32,000 nt of DNA from Alkanindiges illinoisensis DSM 15370 (GTDB lineage Bacteria; Pseudomonadota; Gammaproteobacteria; Pseudomonadales; Moraxellaceae), in NCBI RefSeq assembly GCF_000619845.1, contig NZ_JHUX01000003.1, positions 550,064-582,063 of the forward strand, written 5' to 3'. Made by a program: the position numbers and the translations under genes. Shown here in pieces: positions 1 to 10,897 of this stretch; the first letter of the stretch is position 1, and every line of letters begins with the position of its first letter. The notes beneath the pieces are model-generated. The model had not been told where the DNA came from, made no database searches, and worked only from the letters and a program-made list of their open reading frames with translations.

Positions 1-212
1 CAACTGGTACTACAGGCACTACAGCGACCGATACCACCGATACAACGACTGGTACTGCTACTGGCACCACTGCAACTGCGGGTACTGGCAGCAACTCAGC
101 TGCCAACGCTGCACAGTCTGCTGCTGATGCTGCCAACTCTGCTGCAAAAGCTGCTAACGAAGCCGCTGCTGCTGCCACCAATGGCACTGCTACGGACAAC
201 AGTGCACGCTAA
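1..212 (+). CDS. 3' end of a gene for a Thr/Gly/Ala-rich low-complexity protein (5' end outside window)
   Basis: The open frame in phase with position 3 reads TGTTGTTATDTTDTTTGTATGTTATAGTGSNSAANAAQSAADAANSAAKAANEAAAAATNGTATDNSAR, then TAA at 210..212. A hairpin terminator follows. No family recognised. Confidence 0.5.
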   Translation, partial: TGTTGTTATDTTDTTTGTATGTTATAGTGSNSAANAAQSAADAANSAAKAANEAAAAATNGTATDNSAR

Positions 213-226
213 GCACTGGTAAACGC

Positions 227-259
227 AAATCCCGTACATGCTACGGGATTTGTTGTTTT
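227..259 (+). terminator. Rho-independent terminator
   Basis: aaatcccgta / tacgggattt 10-bp stem (227..236 and 242..251), followed by gttgtttt. Confidence 0.6.
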
Positions 260-369
260 AGCACCTTTTATTTATTTAAAGTCCATCGGCCACAAGAATA
301 AAAATTCCTAATATCACTGACATATTGCTTGACACACGTTAGAATTGGCCTAATTTTCTGGAGGATAAT

Positions 370-1410
370 ATGGCACTGATTTCCTTGCGCCAGTTGCTTG
401 ACCATGCAGCTGAATATAATTATGGGGTTCCTGCTTTTAATGTAAATAACCTGGAACAGATGCGTGCCATCATGATGGCAGCAGACCAGACTAACTCTCC
501 GGTGATTGTGCAGGCCAGCGCCGGTGCTCGCAAGTATGCCGGTGCACCCTTCTTACGTCATTTGATTCTGGCTGCTATCGAAGAGTGGCCACATATTCCG
601 GTGGTAATGCATCAGGATCATGGCACCAGTCCTGCGATTTGCCAGCGTTCCATTCAGTTGGGCTTTAGCTCGGTCATGATGGATGGTTCACTGGGTGAAG
701 ATGGTAAAACACCAACTGATTATGATTACAACGTGAGTGTAACCCGCCGTGTGGTTGACATGGCGCATGCCTGTGGTGTTTCTGTGGAAGGGGAAATTGG
801 CTGTCTGGGCAGTCTGGAAACTGGCATGGCTGGTGAAGAGGATGGTGTAGGTGCCGAAGGTGTGCTGGATCATTCGCAGTTATTGACCGATCCGGAAGAA
901 GCAGCCCAGTTCGTAGCAGATACCGGCGTAGATGCGCTGGCAATTGCCGTGGGAACCAGTCACGGGGCTTATAAGTTTACCCGTCCACCAACTGATGACA
1001 TTCTGGCGATTGAGCGTATTAAGGAAATTCATGCCCGCATTCCCAATACCCATCTGGTAATGCATGGCTCCAGCTCTGTACCACAGGATTGGCTAGCTGT
1101 GATTAACCAGTATGGCGGCGACATCAAGGAAACCTATGGTGTTCCTGTTGAGCAACTGGTTGAAGCCATTAAACATGGTGTACGCAAAATCAATATTGAT
1201 ACCGACCTGCGTCTGGCATCTACGGGCGCTATTCGTCGTGAACTGGCGACAAATCCTGCCGAGTTTGACCCACGCAAGTACTTTGCCAAAACCATTACCG
1301 CCATGCAGGAAATCTGTGTAGCCCGCTACGAAGCATTTGGCACGGCTGGAAATGCCAGCAAGATTAACCCGATTTCTCTGGAAAAAATGGTTAGTCGCTA
1401 CAGCAAATAA
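370..1410 (+). CDS. fba: Fructose-bisphosphate aldolase, class II
   Basis: 346-aa ORF. The N-terminus [27 protein letters not shown] and the HQDHG, SVMMDGS and GTSHGAYKF segments are typical of class II (metal-dependent) FBA. GGAG-type RBS (ggagga) upstream. Confidence 0.95.
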   Translation: MALISLRQLLDHAAEYNYGVPAFNVNNLEQMRAIMMAADQTNSPVIVQASAGARKYAGAPFLRHLILAAIEEWPHIPVVMHQDHGTSPAICQRSIQLGFSSVMMDGSLGEDGKTPTDYDYNVSVTRRVVDMAHACGVSVEGEIGCLGSLETGMAGEEDGVGAEGVLDHSQLLTDPEEAAQFVADTGVDALAIAVGTSHGAYKFTRPPTDDILAIERIKEIHARIPNTHLVMHGSSSVPQDWLAVINQYGGDIKETYGVPVEQLVEAIKHGVRKINIDTDLRLASTGAIRRELATNPAEFDPRKYFAKTITAMQEICVARYEAFGTAGNASKINPISLEKMVSRYSK

Positions 1411-1430
1411 GCATTTATAAAGTATGCATT

Positions 1431-1465
1431 AAAAACCCGTAGCTTTCTGGTCTACGGGTTTTTTT
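1431..1465 (+). terminator. Rho-independent terminator after fba
   Basis: aaaaacccgtag ... ctacgggttttttt: GC-containing stem (1436..1442 / 1452..1458) plus a T7 run. Confidence 0.8.
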
Positions 1466-1740
1466 ATAGCTTCTAGTCATTAAATTTATAGTTTTTACTT
1501 ATTAAAATAACTAAAGAATCTTTTTAAGCTTAACACTTAACAATGTAGCCATACGTATCTTATATATCAGCATTGTAGTTATAGCCGTGCTTCCTGTTGT
1601 CATGTGTTATGAAGCTGTACCTGCATATTGATTGACCTTTCAATTTACCTTATTCATAGCGCTGACAATACAGACAGGTCATAACACGCCTAAATAAAGC
1701 TAGCGGCTATTAGGCATAAAAACCCATCGCACTGGAGCCA

Positions 1741-3891
1741 ATGATGATTAAGAATCCACAAACAGATAATGATGCGTTTAAAAGTGAACTTGCAGGCACA
1801 GATACTACTGACCGCCAGAATAGCTCTGAAAAGAACGAGCAACTGGAACAATATAAGGCAGATGCTACCAATGAAGCCTTGCGCAGCAATCAAGGAATTA
1901 AGGTTTCAGATGACCAAAATACTTTAAAAGCGGGTGTACGTGGGCCTTCCTTGCTGGAAGATTTTTTGTTCCGTGAAAAGATGACGCATTTTGACCATGA
2001 GCGTATTCCAGAGCGTGTTGTGCATGCACGTGGTGCCGCAGCGCATGGTTATTTCCAGCCATATAAGAGCCATGCTGAATTGACCAAAGCAGCTTTTCTG
2101 CAAGATCCTAGCAAGCAAACCCCCGTATTTGTGCGTTTTTCACCTGTTCAGGGGCCGCGCGGAACATCCGATACTGTACGCGATACCCGTGGTTTTGCCG
2201 TAAAATTTTATACCGAAGAAGGTAACTATGATCTGGTAGGTAATGATATTCCAGTATTTTTTATTCAGGATGCCATCAAATTTCCAGATCTGGTCCATGC
2301 AGTAAAACCTGAACCGCATAATGAAATTCCGACAGGTCAATCCGCACATGATACGTTCTGGGATTTTATTTCTTTAACACCTGAAACTGCGCATCATGTC
2401 ACCTGGCAAATGTCTGACCGTGCAATTGCCTTAAATTACCGTACCCGTCAGGGCTTTGGGATTCATACCTTCCGGTTCATTAATGCAGAAGGCAAGGCAC
2501 GTTTTGTCAAATTCCACTTTAAGCCTTTGCAGGGTGTACTGTCTTTATTGTGGGATGAAGCACAAAAATTGGCTGGTAAAGATCCGGACTATCATCGCCG
2601 CGATTTGTGGGAATGCATTGAAGCCGGACTTTATCCAGAGTGGGAACTTGGCGTTCAGGTCATTGAAGAAGAAGATGAGCACAAGTTTGATTTTGACCTG
2701 CTGGATGCCACCAAACTTATTCCCGAAGAACTGGTGCCAGTTATTCCTTTGGGTAAAATGGTGCTTAACCGTAATCCGGAAAACTTTTTTGCTGAAACCG
2801 AGCAAGTGGCGTTTTGTCCAGCGCATATTGTGCCGGGTATTGATTTCACCAATGACCCGTTATTGCAAGGTCGCCTGTTTTCCTATACCGATACCCAGTT
2901 GCTACGATTAGGCGGACCAAACTTCCACGAAATTCCAATCAACCGTCCGGTTTGTCCATTCCATAATCATCAGCGTGATGGTTTCCATCGTCAAACCATT
3001 AACAAGGGTCGTGCATCCTATAATCCGAATTCTATTGATAATAACTGGCCACGTGAAACTCCACCAGCCGCGGCACAGGGTGGTTTTGAAACGTATCAGG
3101 AGCGGGTAGATGGTCATAAAATCCGTCAGCGCAGTCCATCATTTGGGGATCATTTCTCGCAGGCCCGCATGTTCTTTAAGAGCCTGAGCGCGCCTGAACA
3201 GCAACATGTGATTGATGCCTACAGTTTTGAGTTGGGTAAGGTGGAACGTGTATGGATTCGCGAGCGTACCGTAAATGAAATTCTAGCCAATATCGATCTG
3301 GAACTGGCCAAAAAAGTTGCAATGAATCTGGGTGTTGAACCACCTACCAAAGGCACGGTTGAGGTGCCAGAAGTAAATCTGCAACCTGCGCCATCGTTAA
3401 GCCAGATGAGCTTTTTGCCAAAAGATATTAAGGCACGAAAAATCTCGGTACTGGTGACTAATGGCGTCAATGCCGATACGGTTGAGGATATTCTGAACTG
3501 GGCATTAAAGGAAATGGCTGTAGTGAAGCTGGTTGGCCCAAGTCCGGCTCCGGTTAAAACCAGTAAGGGTGAAATGCTTAAAGTTGATGCGGCAATGGAT
3601 AGTATGCCATCCATTATGTTTGATGCTGTTGTGGTGGTAGATGGCGATGATATTGCAGCCATGCAGCAAAATGGTGAAGGCCTGCATTATTTGCTGGAAA
3701 CCTATAAGCACTTAAAGCCACTGGTACTGCTGGGTGACAATGCTCAATTGCTGGAGCAGCTACGTCTGACGCCAGATGAAGGCACACTCAGCGGAAACAG
3801 TTTTGCTGATGTGCAGGATCAGCTAAAACAGGGTCTGTTAAAACATCGTGTTTGGGCGCGTGAGCCACTGGCTAAAATGGTTCCAGCCTGA
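1741..3891 (+). CDS. katE: Large-subunit monofunctional catalase (HPII type)
   Basis: 716-aa ORF with the catalase core ([37 protein letters not shown]) plus the C-terminal flavodoxin-like extension that defines HPII-size catalases. Confidence 0.95.
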   Translation: MMIKNPQTDNDAFKSELAGTDTTDRQNSSEKNEQLEQYKADATNEALRSNQGIKVSDDQNTLKAGVRGPSLLEDFLFREKMTHFDHERIPERVVHARGAAAHGYFQPYKSHAELTKAAFLQDPSKQTPVFVRFSPVQGPRGTSDTVRDTRGFAVKFYTEEGNYDLVGNDIPVFFIQDAIKFPDLVHAVKPEPHNEIPTGQSAHDTFWDFISLTPETAHHVTWQMSDRAIALNYRTRQGFGIHTFRFINAEGKARFVKFHFKPLQGVLSLLWDEAQKLAGKDPDYHRRDLWECIEAGLYPEWELGVQVIEEEDEHKFDFDLLDATKLIPEELVPVIPLGKMVLNRNPENFFAETEQVAFCPAHIVPGIDFTNDPLLQGRLFSYTDTQLLRLGGPNFHEIPINRPVCPFHNHQRDGFHRQTINKGRASYNPNSIDNNWPRETPPAAAQGGFETYQERVDGHKIRQRSPSFGDHFSQARMFFKSLSAPEQQHVIDAYSFELGKVERVWIRERTVNEILANIDLELAKKVAMNLGVEPPTKGTVEVPEVNLQPAPSLSQMSFLPKDIKARKISVLVTNGVNADTVEDILNWALKEMAVVKLVGPSPAPVKTSKGEMLKVDAAMDSMPSIMFDAVVVVDGDDIAAMQQNGEGLHYLLETYKHLKPLVLLGDNAQLLEQLRLTPDEGTLSGNSFADVQDQLKQGLLKHRVWAREPLAKMVPA

Positions 3892-3906
3892 TTTATTGAG
3901 TGTGGC

Positions 3907-3938
3907 AAAAAAACCAGTCTAATTTAGGCTGGTTTTTT
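3907..3938. terminator. Bidirectional terminator between convergent katE and lpxH
   Basis: aaaaaaaccagtcta att taggctggtttttt: imperfect stem flanked by an A-run and a T-run. Confidence 0.6.
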
Positions 3939-3979
3939 GTGAATGCGGTTTGTTAATTAATTGTTAGTTAGAAACTGGT

Positions 3980-4729
3980 CTAAAACTTCCATTCAATTAG
4001 TTGTAAGCCTTGTTCATTAAGCAGGGCAATCATGGCGCTACCATTGGTTGAATCTGTTGTCGAATCTGTAGTTTCTGATTCACGCCAGTCACCCAGCACC
4101 ACACGTTTTTTGCCATTGCTGTATTCATGGACAGCAGAACGATGTGTATGTCCATGCAGTAAAATATCATGATTGCTGAGAACAGCTTTTACTGTCTGTT
4201 CATTGACATCCATCACATAAGCAGACTTGCGCTGATGGCTACTTTTGCTTCTTTGCCGTGTTTTTTTTGCAACCTTGCGTCGTGTGGTTAGGGGTAGTCT
4301 AAGAAGTGTATTCACAATTATTGGATGGCGGATTATTTTTTTATAACGCTGATAGGAGCGATCATCGGTACACAGGGCATCACCATGTTCAAGTATGATA
4401 CGCTGGCCTGCATTCTCAATAGTAATACGTTCTTTATTGATTAACTGGCCACCAAAGCGGCTCATGAATTGCTGGCCCAGAGTAAAATCACGGTTGCCAT
4501 GCATAAAAAAAATCCGGTTACCATGCGCTGTAAATACCTGCAAAGCATGAACAATGTCATCCAGCCACTGCGAATGATCATCATCGCCCAGCCAGGCTTC
4601 AAACCAGTCGCCCAGAATATAAAGCTGATCAATGCTAACTTGATAGTGAGCCAGTAAATCTAAAAACCCCCGCACAAGGCGAGGGTGATTAGGTGACAAA
4701 TGTAAATCAGCAATAAACAGTTGTTGCAC
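3980..4729 (-). CDS. lpxH: UDP-2,3-diacylglucosamine diphosphatase
   Basis: 249-aa ORF with a GTG start. Calcineurin-like metallophosphoesterase motifs match LpxH in sequence and order (IADLHLS, GDWFEAW, HGNRDF, LLHGHTH). It lies downstream of a cyclophilin gene, as in the E. coli ppiB-lpxH arrangement. Confidence 0.9.
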   Translation of the reverse strand: MQQLFIADLHLSPNHPRLVRGFLDLLAHYQVSIDQLYILGDWFEAWLGDDDHSQWLDDIVHALQVFTAHGNRIFFMHGNRDFTLGQQFMSRFGGQLINKERITIENAGQRIILEHGDALCTDDRSYQRYKKIIRHPIIVNTLLRLPLTTRRKVAKKTRQRSKSSHQRKSAYVMDVNEQTVKAVLSNHDILLHGHTHRSAVHEYSNGKKRVVLGDWRESETTDSTTDSTNGSAMIALLNEQGLQLIEWKF

Positions 4730-4778
4730 GGGACTTATAACCCCCTTGCTCCCCCTTATTAAGGGGGATAAAAATAGA

Positions 4779-5462
4779 TTATTCGCTGATCACTTTGGCA
4801 GATTCGATCACGATGTCTTCAACCGGTACATCGGAATGATAGCCACGGTTGCCTGTTTTTACCTTTTTAATGGTATTCACCACATCCATGCCTTCAACCA
4901 CTTTACCAAATACGGCATAACCCCAGCCTTGTGGTGTTTTGCCAGTATGGTTCAGGAACGTGTTGTTTTTTACGTTAATAAAAAACTGAGCGCTGGCAGA
5001 GTGCGGGGCATTGGTACGTGCCATTGCCACAGTGCCTTCTTCGTTGGTCAGGCCATTGTCTGCTTCATTTTCAATGGAATCACGGGTTGGTTTTTCCTTG
5101 AAATTGGCATCAAAGCCGCCGCCCTGAATCATGAAATTGTCAATGACACGGTGGAAAATAACGCCATCATAATGACCACTTTTCACATAAGACAGAAAAT
5201 TCGCCACAGTTTTTGGGGCTTTTTCAGGATTTAATTCCAATACAATGCGACCTTTGTTGGTATTTAACTCAACTTGAGGGTGACTCATTGCTGTATCTCC
5301 AGGTTGTGCGGCAAAAGCCGTTTGAATTGGTTGAGTGATAGAGACGCAAACGGTAAACTGCAAGATCAGTAAAGCAAGAAATTGCGGTCTAAACGAAAGC
5401 GTTCCTAAATTGAGTGACATAGTTTTGACGAAATTTTCGAGTTTTGCGAGTATATTTTTCAA
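4779..5462 (-). CDS. Peptidyl-prolyl cis-trans isomerase, cyclophilin type, with N-terminal signal peptide (periplasmic)
   Basis: 227-aa ORF with a cyclophilin core ([34 protein letters not shown]). The hydrophobic leader ends in AFAAQ. The real start may be the internal ATG at 5420 ([10 protein letters not shown]...), which leaves room for divergent promoters shared with glnS. Confidence 0.9.
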   Translation of the reverse strand: MKNILAKLENFVKTMSLNLGTLSFRPQFLALLILQFTVCVSITQPIQTAFAAQPGDTAMSHPQVELNTNKGRIVLELNPEKAPKTVANFLSYVKSGHYDGVIFHRVIDNFMIQGGGFDANFKEKPTRDSIENEADNGLTNEEGTVAMARTNAPHSASAQFFINVKNNTFLNHTGKTPQGWGYAVFGKVVEGMDVVNTIKKVKTGNRGYHSDVPVEDIVIESAKVISE

Positions 5463-5489
5463 TTTTCGTACCTAAACCTTTTCCTGCGT

Positions 5490-7211
5490 GTGATCCATAT
5501 GAAGCCAAATGATGCTGCCACTGCGATGCCTGACTTGACCCCAACCTCTTCCAACGCACCACAACAGCAGCAAGCACAGGCCGGTCTGGATTTCATTCGC
5601 CAGATTATTGCAGATGACCTGGCCAGTGGCAAACACAGCCAGATTGTGTCACGTTTTCCACCAGAACCCAATGGCTACCTGCACCTGGGTCATGTGAAGT
5701 CCATTTGCCTGAATTTTGGCGTGGCGATTGAAAACAATGGCCTATGTAACCTGCGTCTTGATGACACCAACCCTTCTGCTGAAAAACAGGAATATGTCGA
5801 CAATATTAAAAATGACATTCACTGGCTGGGTTTTAACTGGAATGGTGACATACGCTATGCCTCCAGTTATTTTGACCAGCTGTATCAATGGGCACTGCAA
5901 CTAATCCAGCAGGGTGATGCCTATGTTGACCTGCAAACTCCGGAGCAAATCAAGCTGAACCGTGGCAGTTTTACTGAAGCAGGCACCAATTCGCCCAATC
6001 GTGATCAAACCGTTGAGGAAAACCTCAAGCTATTTGAACAAATGCGTGCGGGTGAATTTAACGAAGGTGCTGCTGTATTGCGTGCCAAAATTGATATGGC
6101 CAGCCCCAATGTCCACCTGCGTGACCCGGTACTATATCGCGTGCTGAAGGCACACCATCACCAAACTGGCGACAAATGGTGCATTTATCCCATGTATGAT
6201 TATGCGCATCCGTTGTCTGATGCAATTGAAGGTATTACCCATTCGCTGTGTACGCTGGAATTTGAAGACCATCGTCCCTTTTATGACTGGATTATTTCTA
6301 AGGTAGACACTCAGGCCAAACCGCGCCAGATTGAGTTTTCACGCCTGAATGTGGATTACACCTTAACCAGTAAACGCAAGCTGAAAAAACTGGTAGATGA
6401 TGGCGTGGTACAAGGCTGGGATGATCCGCGTATGCCAACCATTGCCGGGATGCGCCGTCGGGGCTTTACTGCTGAAGGCTTAAGGGATTTTTGCCAGCGT
6501 ACCGGCGTATCCAAGGCGGATGGCGTAGTAGATATTGGACTGCTGGAATTCTGTATTCGCCAGTCACTGGAAAATACTGCACCGCGTGCCATGGCCGTGT
6601 TAAACCCGCTTAAGGTCACACTCACCAACCTGCCACAAAGCATGACATTGCAGCATTCACGTCATCCCAATGTGGATATGGGCGAACGTGATATTCCTTT
6701 ATCCTCTGTGATTTATATTGATAAAAATGACTTTGCCGAAGTACCACCGAAAGGCTTTAAACGTTTAATCCCTGATGGTGAAGTGCGCTTGCGCCATGCC
6801 TATGTGATTAAATGCAATGAAGTGATCAAGGATGCAAACGGCGAAGTGGTTGAGCTAAAGTGCAGCATTGACCCGGATACACTAGGCAAGAACCCAGAAG
6901 GCCGCAAGGTCAAAGGTGTGATTCACTGGGTAGACAGTGCGCAAGGTGTGCCTGCCGAAGTGCGTATTTATGAGCGCCTGTTTAGCAATCCTAATCCGGA
7001 AGCTGGCGATGATTTTATGCAAAACCTCAATCCTGAATCGGTCAAAGTGCTACAGGCAGTGATTGAGCCGTCTCTTGCACAAGCCAAAGCGGGTGACCGT
7101 TTCCAGTTTGAGCGTGAAGGCTATTTTGTGGCAGATGAAAAAGACTTCACTACGGATAAACCCGTGTTTAACCGGATTCTGGATTTAAGAGATAGTTATA
7201 AGCCAGCTTGA
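5490..7211 (+). CDS. glnS: Glutamine--tRNA ligase
   Basis: 573-aa ORF with a class I HIGH motif (PNGYLHLGH), an MSK-like loop (LTSKRKL) and the GlnRS-type C-terminal beta-barrel region. The start is either GTG 5490 or ATG 5499. Confidence 0.95.
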   Translation: MIHMKPNDAATAMPDLTPTSSNAPQQQQAQAGLDFIRQIIADDLASGKHSQIVSRFPPEPNGYLHLGHVKSICLNFGVAIENNGLCNLRLDDTNPSAEKQEYVDNIKNDIHWLGFNWNGDIRYASSYFDQLYQWALQLIQQGDAYVDLQTPEQIKLNRGSFTEAGTNSPNRDQTVEENLKLFEQMRAGEFNEGAAVLRAKIDMASPNVHLRDPVLYRVLKAHHHQTGDKWCIYPMYDYAHPLSDAIEGITHSLCTLEFEDHRPFYDWIISKVDTQAKPRQIEFSRLNVDYTLTSKRKLKKLVDDGVVQGWDDPRMPTIAGMRRRGFTAEGLRDFCQRTGVSKADGVVDIGLLEFCIRQSLENTAPRAMAVLNPLKVTLTNLPQSMTLQHSRHPNVDMGERDIPLSSVIYIDKNDFAEVPPKGFKRLIPDGEVRLRHAYVIKCNEVIKDANGEVVELKCSIDPDTLGKNPEGRKVKGVIHWVDSAQGVPAEVRIYERLFSNPNPEAGDDFMQNLNPESVKVLQAVIEPSLAQAKAGDRFQFEREGYFVADEKDFTTDKPVFNRILDLRDSYKPA

Positions 7212-7217
7212 TAAGTT

Positions 7218-7256
7218 AGTGCCTTTTAATTAGTGAAATTATAAGGCACTATTTTT
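7218..7256 (+). terminator. Rho-independent terminator after glnS
   Basis: agtgcctt (7218..7225) pairs with aaggcact (7243..7250), followed by attttt. Confidence 0.6.
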
Positions 7257-7266
7257 GGTAATTATA

Positions 7267-7911
7267 ATGAAAAATGATGATAGATATAAATTTGTTAGAG
7301 ATATTCAAGAGCATTCTAATAGTAAGTTAACTTTTATTATTAGAAATCCAAATCTTTATAATCCTAGGAGTTATAATGTAGGGAAAATTCTTGCTCTTAC
7401 AATTTTAATAATATTATTTACTGTGCAGTTGGTTATTGCATTTTTAATTGATAATTTTGCTTTGAATATCTCATTTATGATTGGGTTAACTCTTTTATAT
7501 TTGTATTATTCTGATTTAGAAAAAACTGTATATATTTGCTTGCTACAATCAAAGGATAGAAGTCAATTAGAATACATTGAAACAATCAATAATAAATCTA
7601 TTATTTTAAATTATCCTATAAAAATTAGAGTGATATATAGATATTATCCAATTCCTAAAGCAGGAAAAATTATTAGAATTGTTGTAGAAATAGTCGGTCA
7701 GAGTACAAATGATATAGTGCGCCTCGGTGAAATTAAAAGTGAACATTTTTTAAGAGTAGCTTCCGTGCCTTATACATCAACACAGGATGCTTATCAAGCA
7801 TTTGATAAAATCTATAATAGTTATAAATTTTTAGAGAAATGGTTAGAAATTCCATTAGTTAAAGAAGAAATTCTATTATTTAAAGATAGCAGTAGACCCG
7901 CTATCTTTTAA
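7267..7911 (+). CDS. Hypothetical two-pass membrane protein encoded on a very AT-rich insert
   Basis: ORF of about 214 aa from ATG 7267; the track's TTG at 7255 is less likely. Two hydrophobic segments (ILALTILIILFTVQLVIAFLI, ISFMIGLTLLYLYY) are followed by a soluble domain of about 130 aa. No family recognised and no obvious SD. Confidence 0.6.
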   Translation: MKNDDRYKFVRDIQEHSNSKLTFIIRNPNLYNPRSYNVGKILALTILIILFTVQLVIAFLIDNFALNISFMIGLTLLYLYYSDLEKTVYICLLQSKDRSQLEYIETINNKSIILNYPIKIRVIYRYYPIPKAGKIIRIVVEIVGQSTNDIVRLGEIKSEHFLRVASVPYTSTQDAYQAFDKIYNSYKFLEKWLEIPLVKEEILLFKDSSRPAIF

Positions 7912-7922
7912 GGAATTTAAAT

Positions 7923-8540
7923 TTGGATCCATTACTGAAATACCGTGAACAGCATAAAAAACGCCTGAGTTATATGCCTTGGCTATACTGGCGTTTAAAA
8001 CCCAAACACAGGGAATGGGCGCAAGCATGGCAGCAGGAGTATCAGGACTATCTGCAAAGCATGGAAAGCGTGCAGATTGGCAAGGACTGTTTTATTTCAC
8101 CGGATGCGCAGTTATTTGCCGAACCCAATCGCGACATTATTATTGGTGATGGCAGCTTTATTGCAGCCGATTGTGTGCTACATGGCCCCATTACACTGGG
8201 CAAACAAGTGGCCTTAAATCATCATTGTACGCTGGACGGTGGGCGCAAAGGAATTCATATCAGCAATAATGCGAGGCTGGCAGCTTATTGTCATCTCTAT
8301 GCGTTTAATCATGGCATGAAAATCGACAGTACCATTCATGAGCAGGCTGTGACTTCAAGTGGGATTTACATTGGTGAGGATGTCTGGCTAGGGGCCAATG
8401 TAGGGGTGGTTGATGGTGTCAAAATTGATGACTTTGCAGTGATCGGCATGGACAGCACTGTCACGCGCCATGTAGAAGCTTATGCCATTATGGCCGGAAG
8501 TCCTGCCAAAAAAATCGGTGATCGGCGCGACAAGAAATAA
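7923..8540 (+). CDS. Hexapeptide-repeat (left-handed beta-helix) acyl/acetyltransferase
   Basis: 205-aa ORF with a TTG start after aagga. It has repeating [LIV]-G-x-x-x-x hexapeptide turns (IIIGDGSFIAADCVL, IYIGEDVWLGANVGVVDGVKIDDFAVIGMDSTV), as in the LbH acetyltransferase superfamily. Confidence 0.8.
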   Translation: MDPLLKYREQHKKRLSYMPWLYWRLKPKHREWAQAWQQEYQDYLQSMESVQIGKDCFISPDAQLFAEPNRDIIIGDGSFIAADCVLHGPITLGKQVALNHHCTLDGGRKGIHISNNARLAAYCHLYAFNHGMKIDSTIHEQAVTSSGIYIGEDVWLGANVGVVDGVKIDDFAVIGMDSTVTRHVEAYAIMAGSPAKKIGDRRDKK

Positions 8541-8626
8541 AGAAACAGTAGTCATCCATATCTTTGCTAAAACATTATTTTAATAAACTATTTTTTTAAA
8601 TCGTATTAAAAACCATAAGGAAAATT

Positions 8627-9409
8627 ATGCTGCTTTTAAAACTCACCATTGTTCCGTTATTTATTGCACTGGTGACCCTTGCTGGAAAAAAATGGGGTGC
8701 ACAACTGGCAGGCCTGCTGGGTGGTTTGCCAGTGGTTGCTGGGCCGATTGTTGTTTTTCTTGCCATGGAGCAGGGGCAGGCTTTTGGCGTTGTTGCATCG
8801 ACTTCTGCTATTGCTTCAGTGGTTGCATTGCTAGCGTTTGGTTTAGCTTATAGCTGGCTCAGTTTATCAAATTCTTGGCCAGTAACTTACGTATTGTCGC
8901 TATTGGTTTGGCTGACAACGGCTGCTTTATTGGCACAGCTGACGCTTACTCCTTTTTTCGCATCGGTTTTGGTATTAATGGCAATTGTGCTGACACCTGC
9001 CTTGTTGCCTAAAGTGCCATTTAAAGCCAGTGGTGCAAGCAGTTTAAAAGATTTACCCCTACGGTTAATATCAGGCGCTATTTTAACGCTTGCAGTAACA
9101 CAGTCAGCACAGCTACTGGGTGGAAGCTGGAGTGGCATTCTGGCCGTGTTTCCAGTGATTGGTTCAGTGTTAGCGATATTTACCCATCGTAACCAGGGAG
9201 CGGCAGCTGTCACACAGCTATACCGTGGCATGGTAAAGGGCTTATGTTGGCTCAGTCTGTTTTTTTTGATTCTTACTTTTGCCTGGCAGCGTTATGGTTT
9301 TTGGTGGCCAGTTTTAATCGCGATTTTTAGTGCACTAGGTTTGCAGCTTTTGTTTCGCTTACCGTCATTATTAAAAATGCAAAAGATTGCCAATGCTACA
9401 GGGAACTAA
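8627..9409 (+). CDS. Polytopic integral membrane protein, unknown function
   Basis: 260-aa ORF, almost entirely hydrophobic helices, with an aaggaaa RBS upstream. No family recognised. Confidence 0.75.
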   Translation: MLLLKLTIVPLFIALVTLAGKKWGAQLAGLLGGLPVVAGPIVVFLAMEQGQAFGVVASTSAIASVVALLAFGLAYSWLSLSNSWPVTYVLSLLVWLTTAALLAQLTLTPFFASVLVLMAIVLTPALLPKVPFKASGASSLKDLPLRLISGAILTLAVTQSAQLLGGSWSGILAVFPVIGSVLAIFTHRNQGAAAVTQLYRGMVKGLCWLSLFFLILTFAWQRYGFWWPVLIAIFSALGLQLLFRLPSLLKMQKIANATGN

Positions 9410-9426
9410 AATAATTTAATCATCCT

Positions 9427-9457
9427 AAAAGGGCTGACCAGTTCAGTTAGCCCTTTT
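9427..9457. terminator. Bidirectional terminator between convergent genes
   Basis: aaaagggct (9427..9435) pairs with agccctttt (9449..9457). Confidence 0.6.
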
Positions 9458-9463
9458 AGTTTC

Positions 9464-9886
9464 TTATACTTGGTCTAGCTCAGCGCGGATTTTCTCAGCC
9501 AACTGCCTGATTTTTTCCTGATCGCCCATCTGGCTTGCATGCCGTCCCAGTTCATGAATGGAACTTGGTATCAGGTGAAAGTGAATATGCGGCACAGTTT
9601 GCCCAGCTTTGCTGCCGTTGAGCTGCATTAGCACAATTCCCTCGCTTCCCAATGCCTTTTTAATCGCATTGCCGACTTTTTGCACAATGTTAATGGTGTA
9701 AGCAGCGCTTTCAGGTGATAAATCCATCAGTGTTTCGGCAGGTTCCTTGGGAATCACCAGTGTATGACCATCAGCCTGTGGCATAATATCCATAAAGGCC
9801 AGGGTCTTGTCATCTTCATAAACCTTGGTGCAAGGTATTTCACTCCGTAAAATTTTGGCAAAAATATTCTGGTCATCATAGGCCAT
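9464..9886 (-). CDS. HIT (histidine triad) family nucleotide hydrolase/transferase
   Basis: 140-aa ORF with the histidine triad HIHFHLIP and a typical N-terminus (IFAKILRSEIPCTKVYEDD). Confidence 0.9.
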   Translation of the reverse strand: MAYDDQNIFAKILRSEIPCTKVYEDDKTLAFMDIMPQADGHTLVIPKEPAETLMDLSPESAAYTINIVQKVGNAIKKALGSEGIVLMQLNGSKAGQTVPHIHFHLIPSSIHELGRHASQMGDQEKIRQLAEKIRAELDQV

Positions 9887-9950
9887 GGTAAGGCTCCTGT
9901 ATTCTGCGGTGAAAACAATAATGCGGTTAAAAAATTTAAAAATAATCTGC

Positions 9951-10826
9951 TTAACTTAGTTCAATATTGGTCCAGCGTTCCAGCATTTTGACTGCTGCTG
10001 AAAAGTCGCTGTCACTGGCTGAGGTGTCGCTGGCCGCGCGAATCAGGCTTTGGGTGAGCGCTAAAACCGGAGCAGGTAGTTTGGCTCGCTGCACCAGATC
10101 AAGCGCAATTCCGGCATCCTTGGCCAGCAAATTTAAGGCAAATGTATTGGGAAAGCTGCGGTTAAAAACCCGCTGTGGCAAAACGGTTTCAGTGGCATTG
10201 CTTTTGCCGCTAGAGGCATTAATACAGGCAAGTGCACCTTGTAAATCAACGCCATGTGCTTTTAAGGCACTAAAACCTTCTGCTGCTGCCCATAGATTAA
10301 CTGCCAGTAGCATGTTGTTCACTGCTTTGACTGCAAAGCCTGAACCACTGTCGCCGACATGCTGGATTAAACCAGAAAATGGTTCAATCGCTGGACGTGC
10401 ACGTCGTAGTGCTTCGGCATCACCGCCCACCATAACTGTTAAAGTACCTTTTTCTGCACCAATAGTCTGGCCTGAAACCGGGGCATCCAGAAAAGCCACG
10501 TCACGCGCCTGCAAATGGGCATTCAGGTACTGTGCTGAAGTGGGTTCGCCACTGGTGCAATCCACCCAGATACTGCCAGCCCTGGGTAAATGTTCAGCAA
10601 TCAGGGTTTCAACTTCGCTACTGGTAGGCAGGCAGGAAAAAATGATATCTGCCTGTACTGCTTTTTCAATATCGACTGCGCGGGTGCCAAATTCTGCTGC
10701 ATGCTGCTGTGCTTTGCTAAACGTCCGGTTCCATACCCTTACATCAGCAAATGCCTTGGGCAAATGGGCAGCCATGCGCCATCCCATGGCACCCAGTCCA
10801 ATAAATGCAACAGAATTAATTGTCAT
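9951..10826 (-). CDS. NAD(P)-dependent beta-hydroxyacid (3-hydroxyisobutyrate-type) dehydrogenase
   Basis: 291-aa ORF with an N-terminal Rossmann motif (VAFIGLGAMGWRMA) and DAPVSG and GSGFAVKAVNN segments typical of the HIBADH/6-PGDH-like family. Confidence 0.9.
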   Translation of the reverse strand: MTINSVAFIGLGAMGWRMAAHLPKAFADVRVWNRTFSKAQQHAAEFGTRAVDIEKAVQADIIFSCLPTSSEVETLIAEHLPRAGSIWVDCTSGEPTSAQYLNAHLQARDVAFLDAPVSGQTIGAEKGTLTVMVGGDAEALRRARPAIEPFSGLIQHVGDSGSGFAVKAVNNMLLAVNLWAAAEGFSALKAHGVDLQGALACINASSGKSNATETVLPQRVFNRSFPNTFALNLLAKDAGIALDLVQRAKLPAPVLALTQSLIRAASDTSASDSDFSAAVKMLERWTNIELS

Positions 10827-10897
10827 TACCCGCTTTTTCCTAAAAATCTGGTTGAAGTGCTGCCAAGACTAATCAAGAAAAAGCAGTCTTGGCAAGC

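Noticed and set aside
1924-3711. Several 64-151-aa ORFs inside katE on both strands (e.g. 2456..2911 +, 3219..3662 -)
   Set aside because: All are nested in the well-supported catalase frame, and their translations are low-complexity or stop-prone shadow frames.
4050-4073. Tandem 12-bp near-repeat (gaatctgttgtc / gaatctgtagtt) inside the lpxH 3' end, encoding TTDS-TTDS
   Set aside because: It is a small in-frame duplication in a non-conserved C-terminal tail and is likely neutral slippage with no evident function.
4750-4768. Perfect 9+9 palindrome tccccctta-t-taaggggga between the PPIase and lpxH genes
   Set aside because: It could form a hairpin in the minus-strand transcript, but no U-tract follows it in that direction and it is not repeated elsewhere in the window. 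It is most likely a simple intercistronic structure and not strong enough to call.
4746-5234. 162-aa ORF on the + strand
   Set aside because: It is antisense to the cyclophilin gene, whose motifs are unambiguous.
9967-10872. 301-aa ORF on the + strand
   Set aside because: It lies exactly antisense to the dehydrogenase gene, which has a clear Rossmann motif. Its translation is Ala/Ser/Arg-rich low-complexity sequence typical of a shadow frame.
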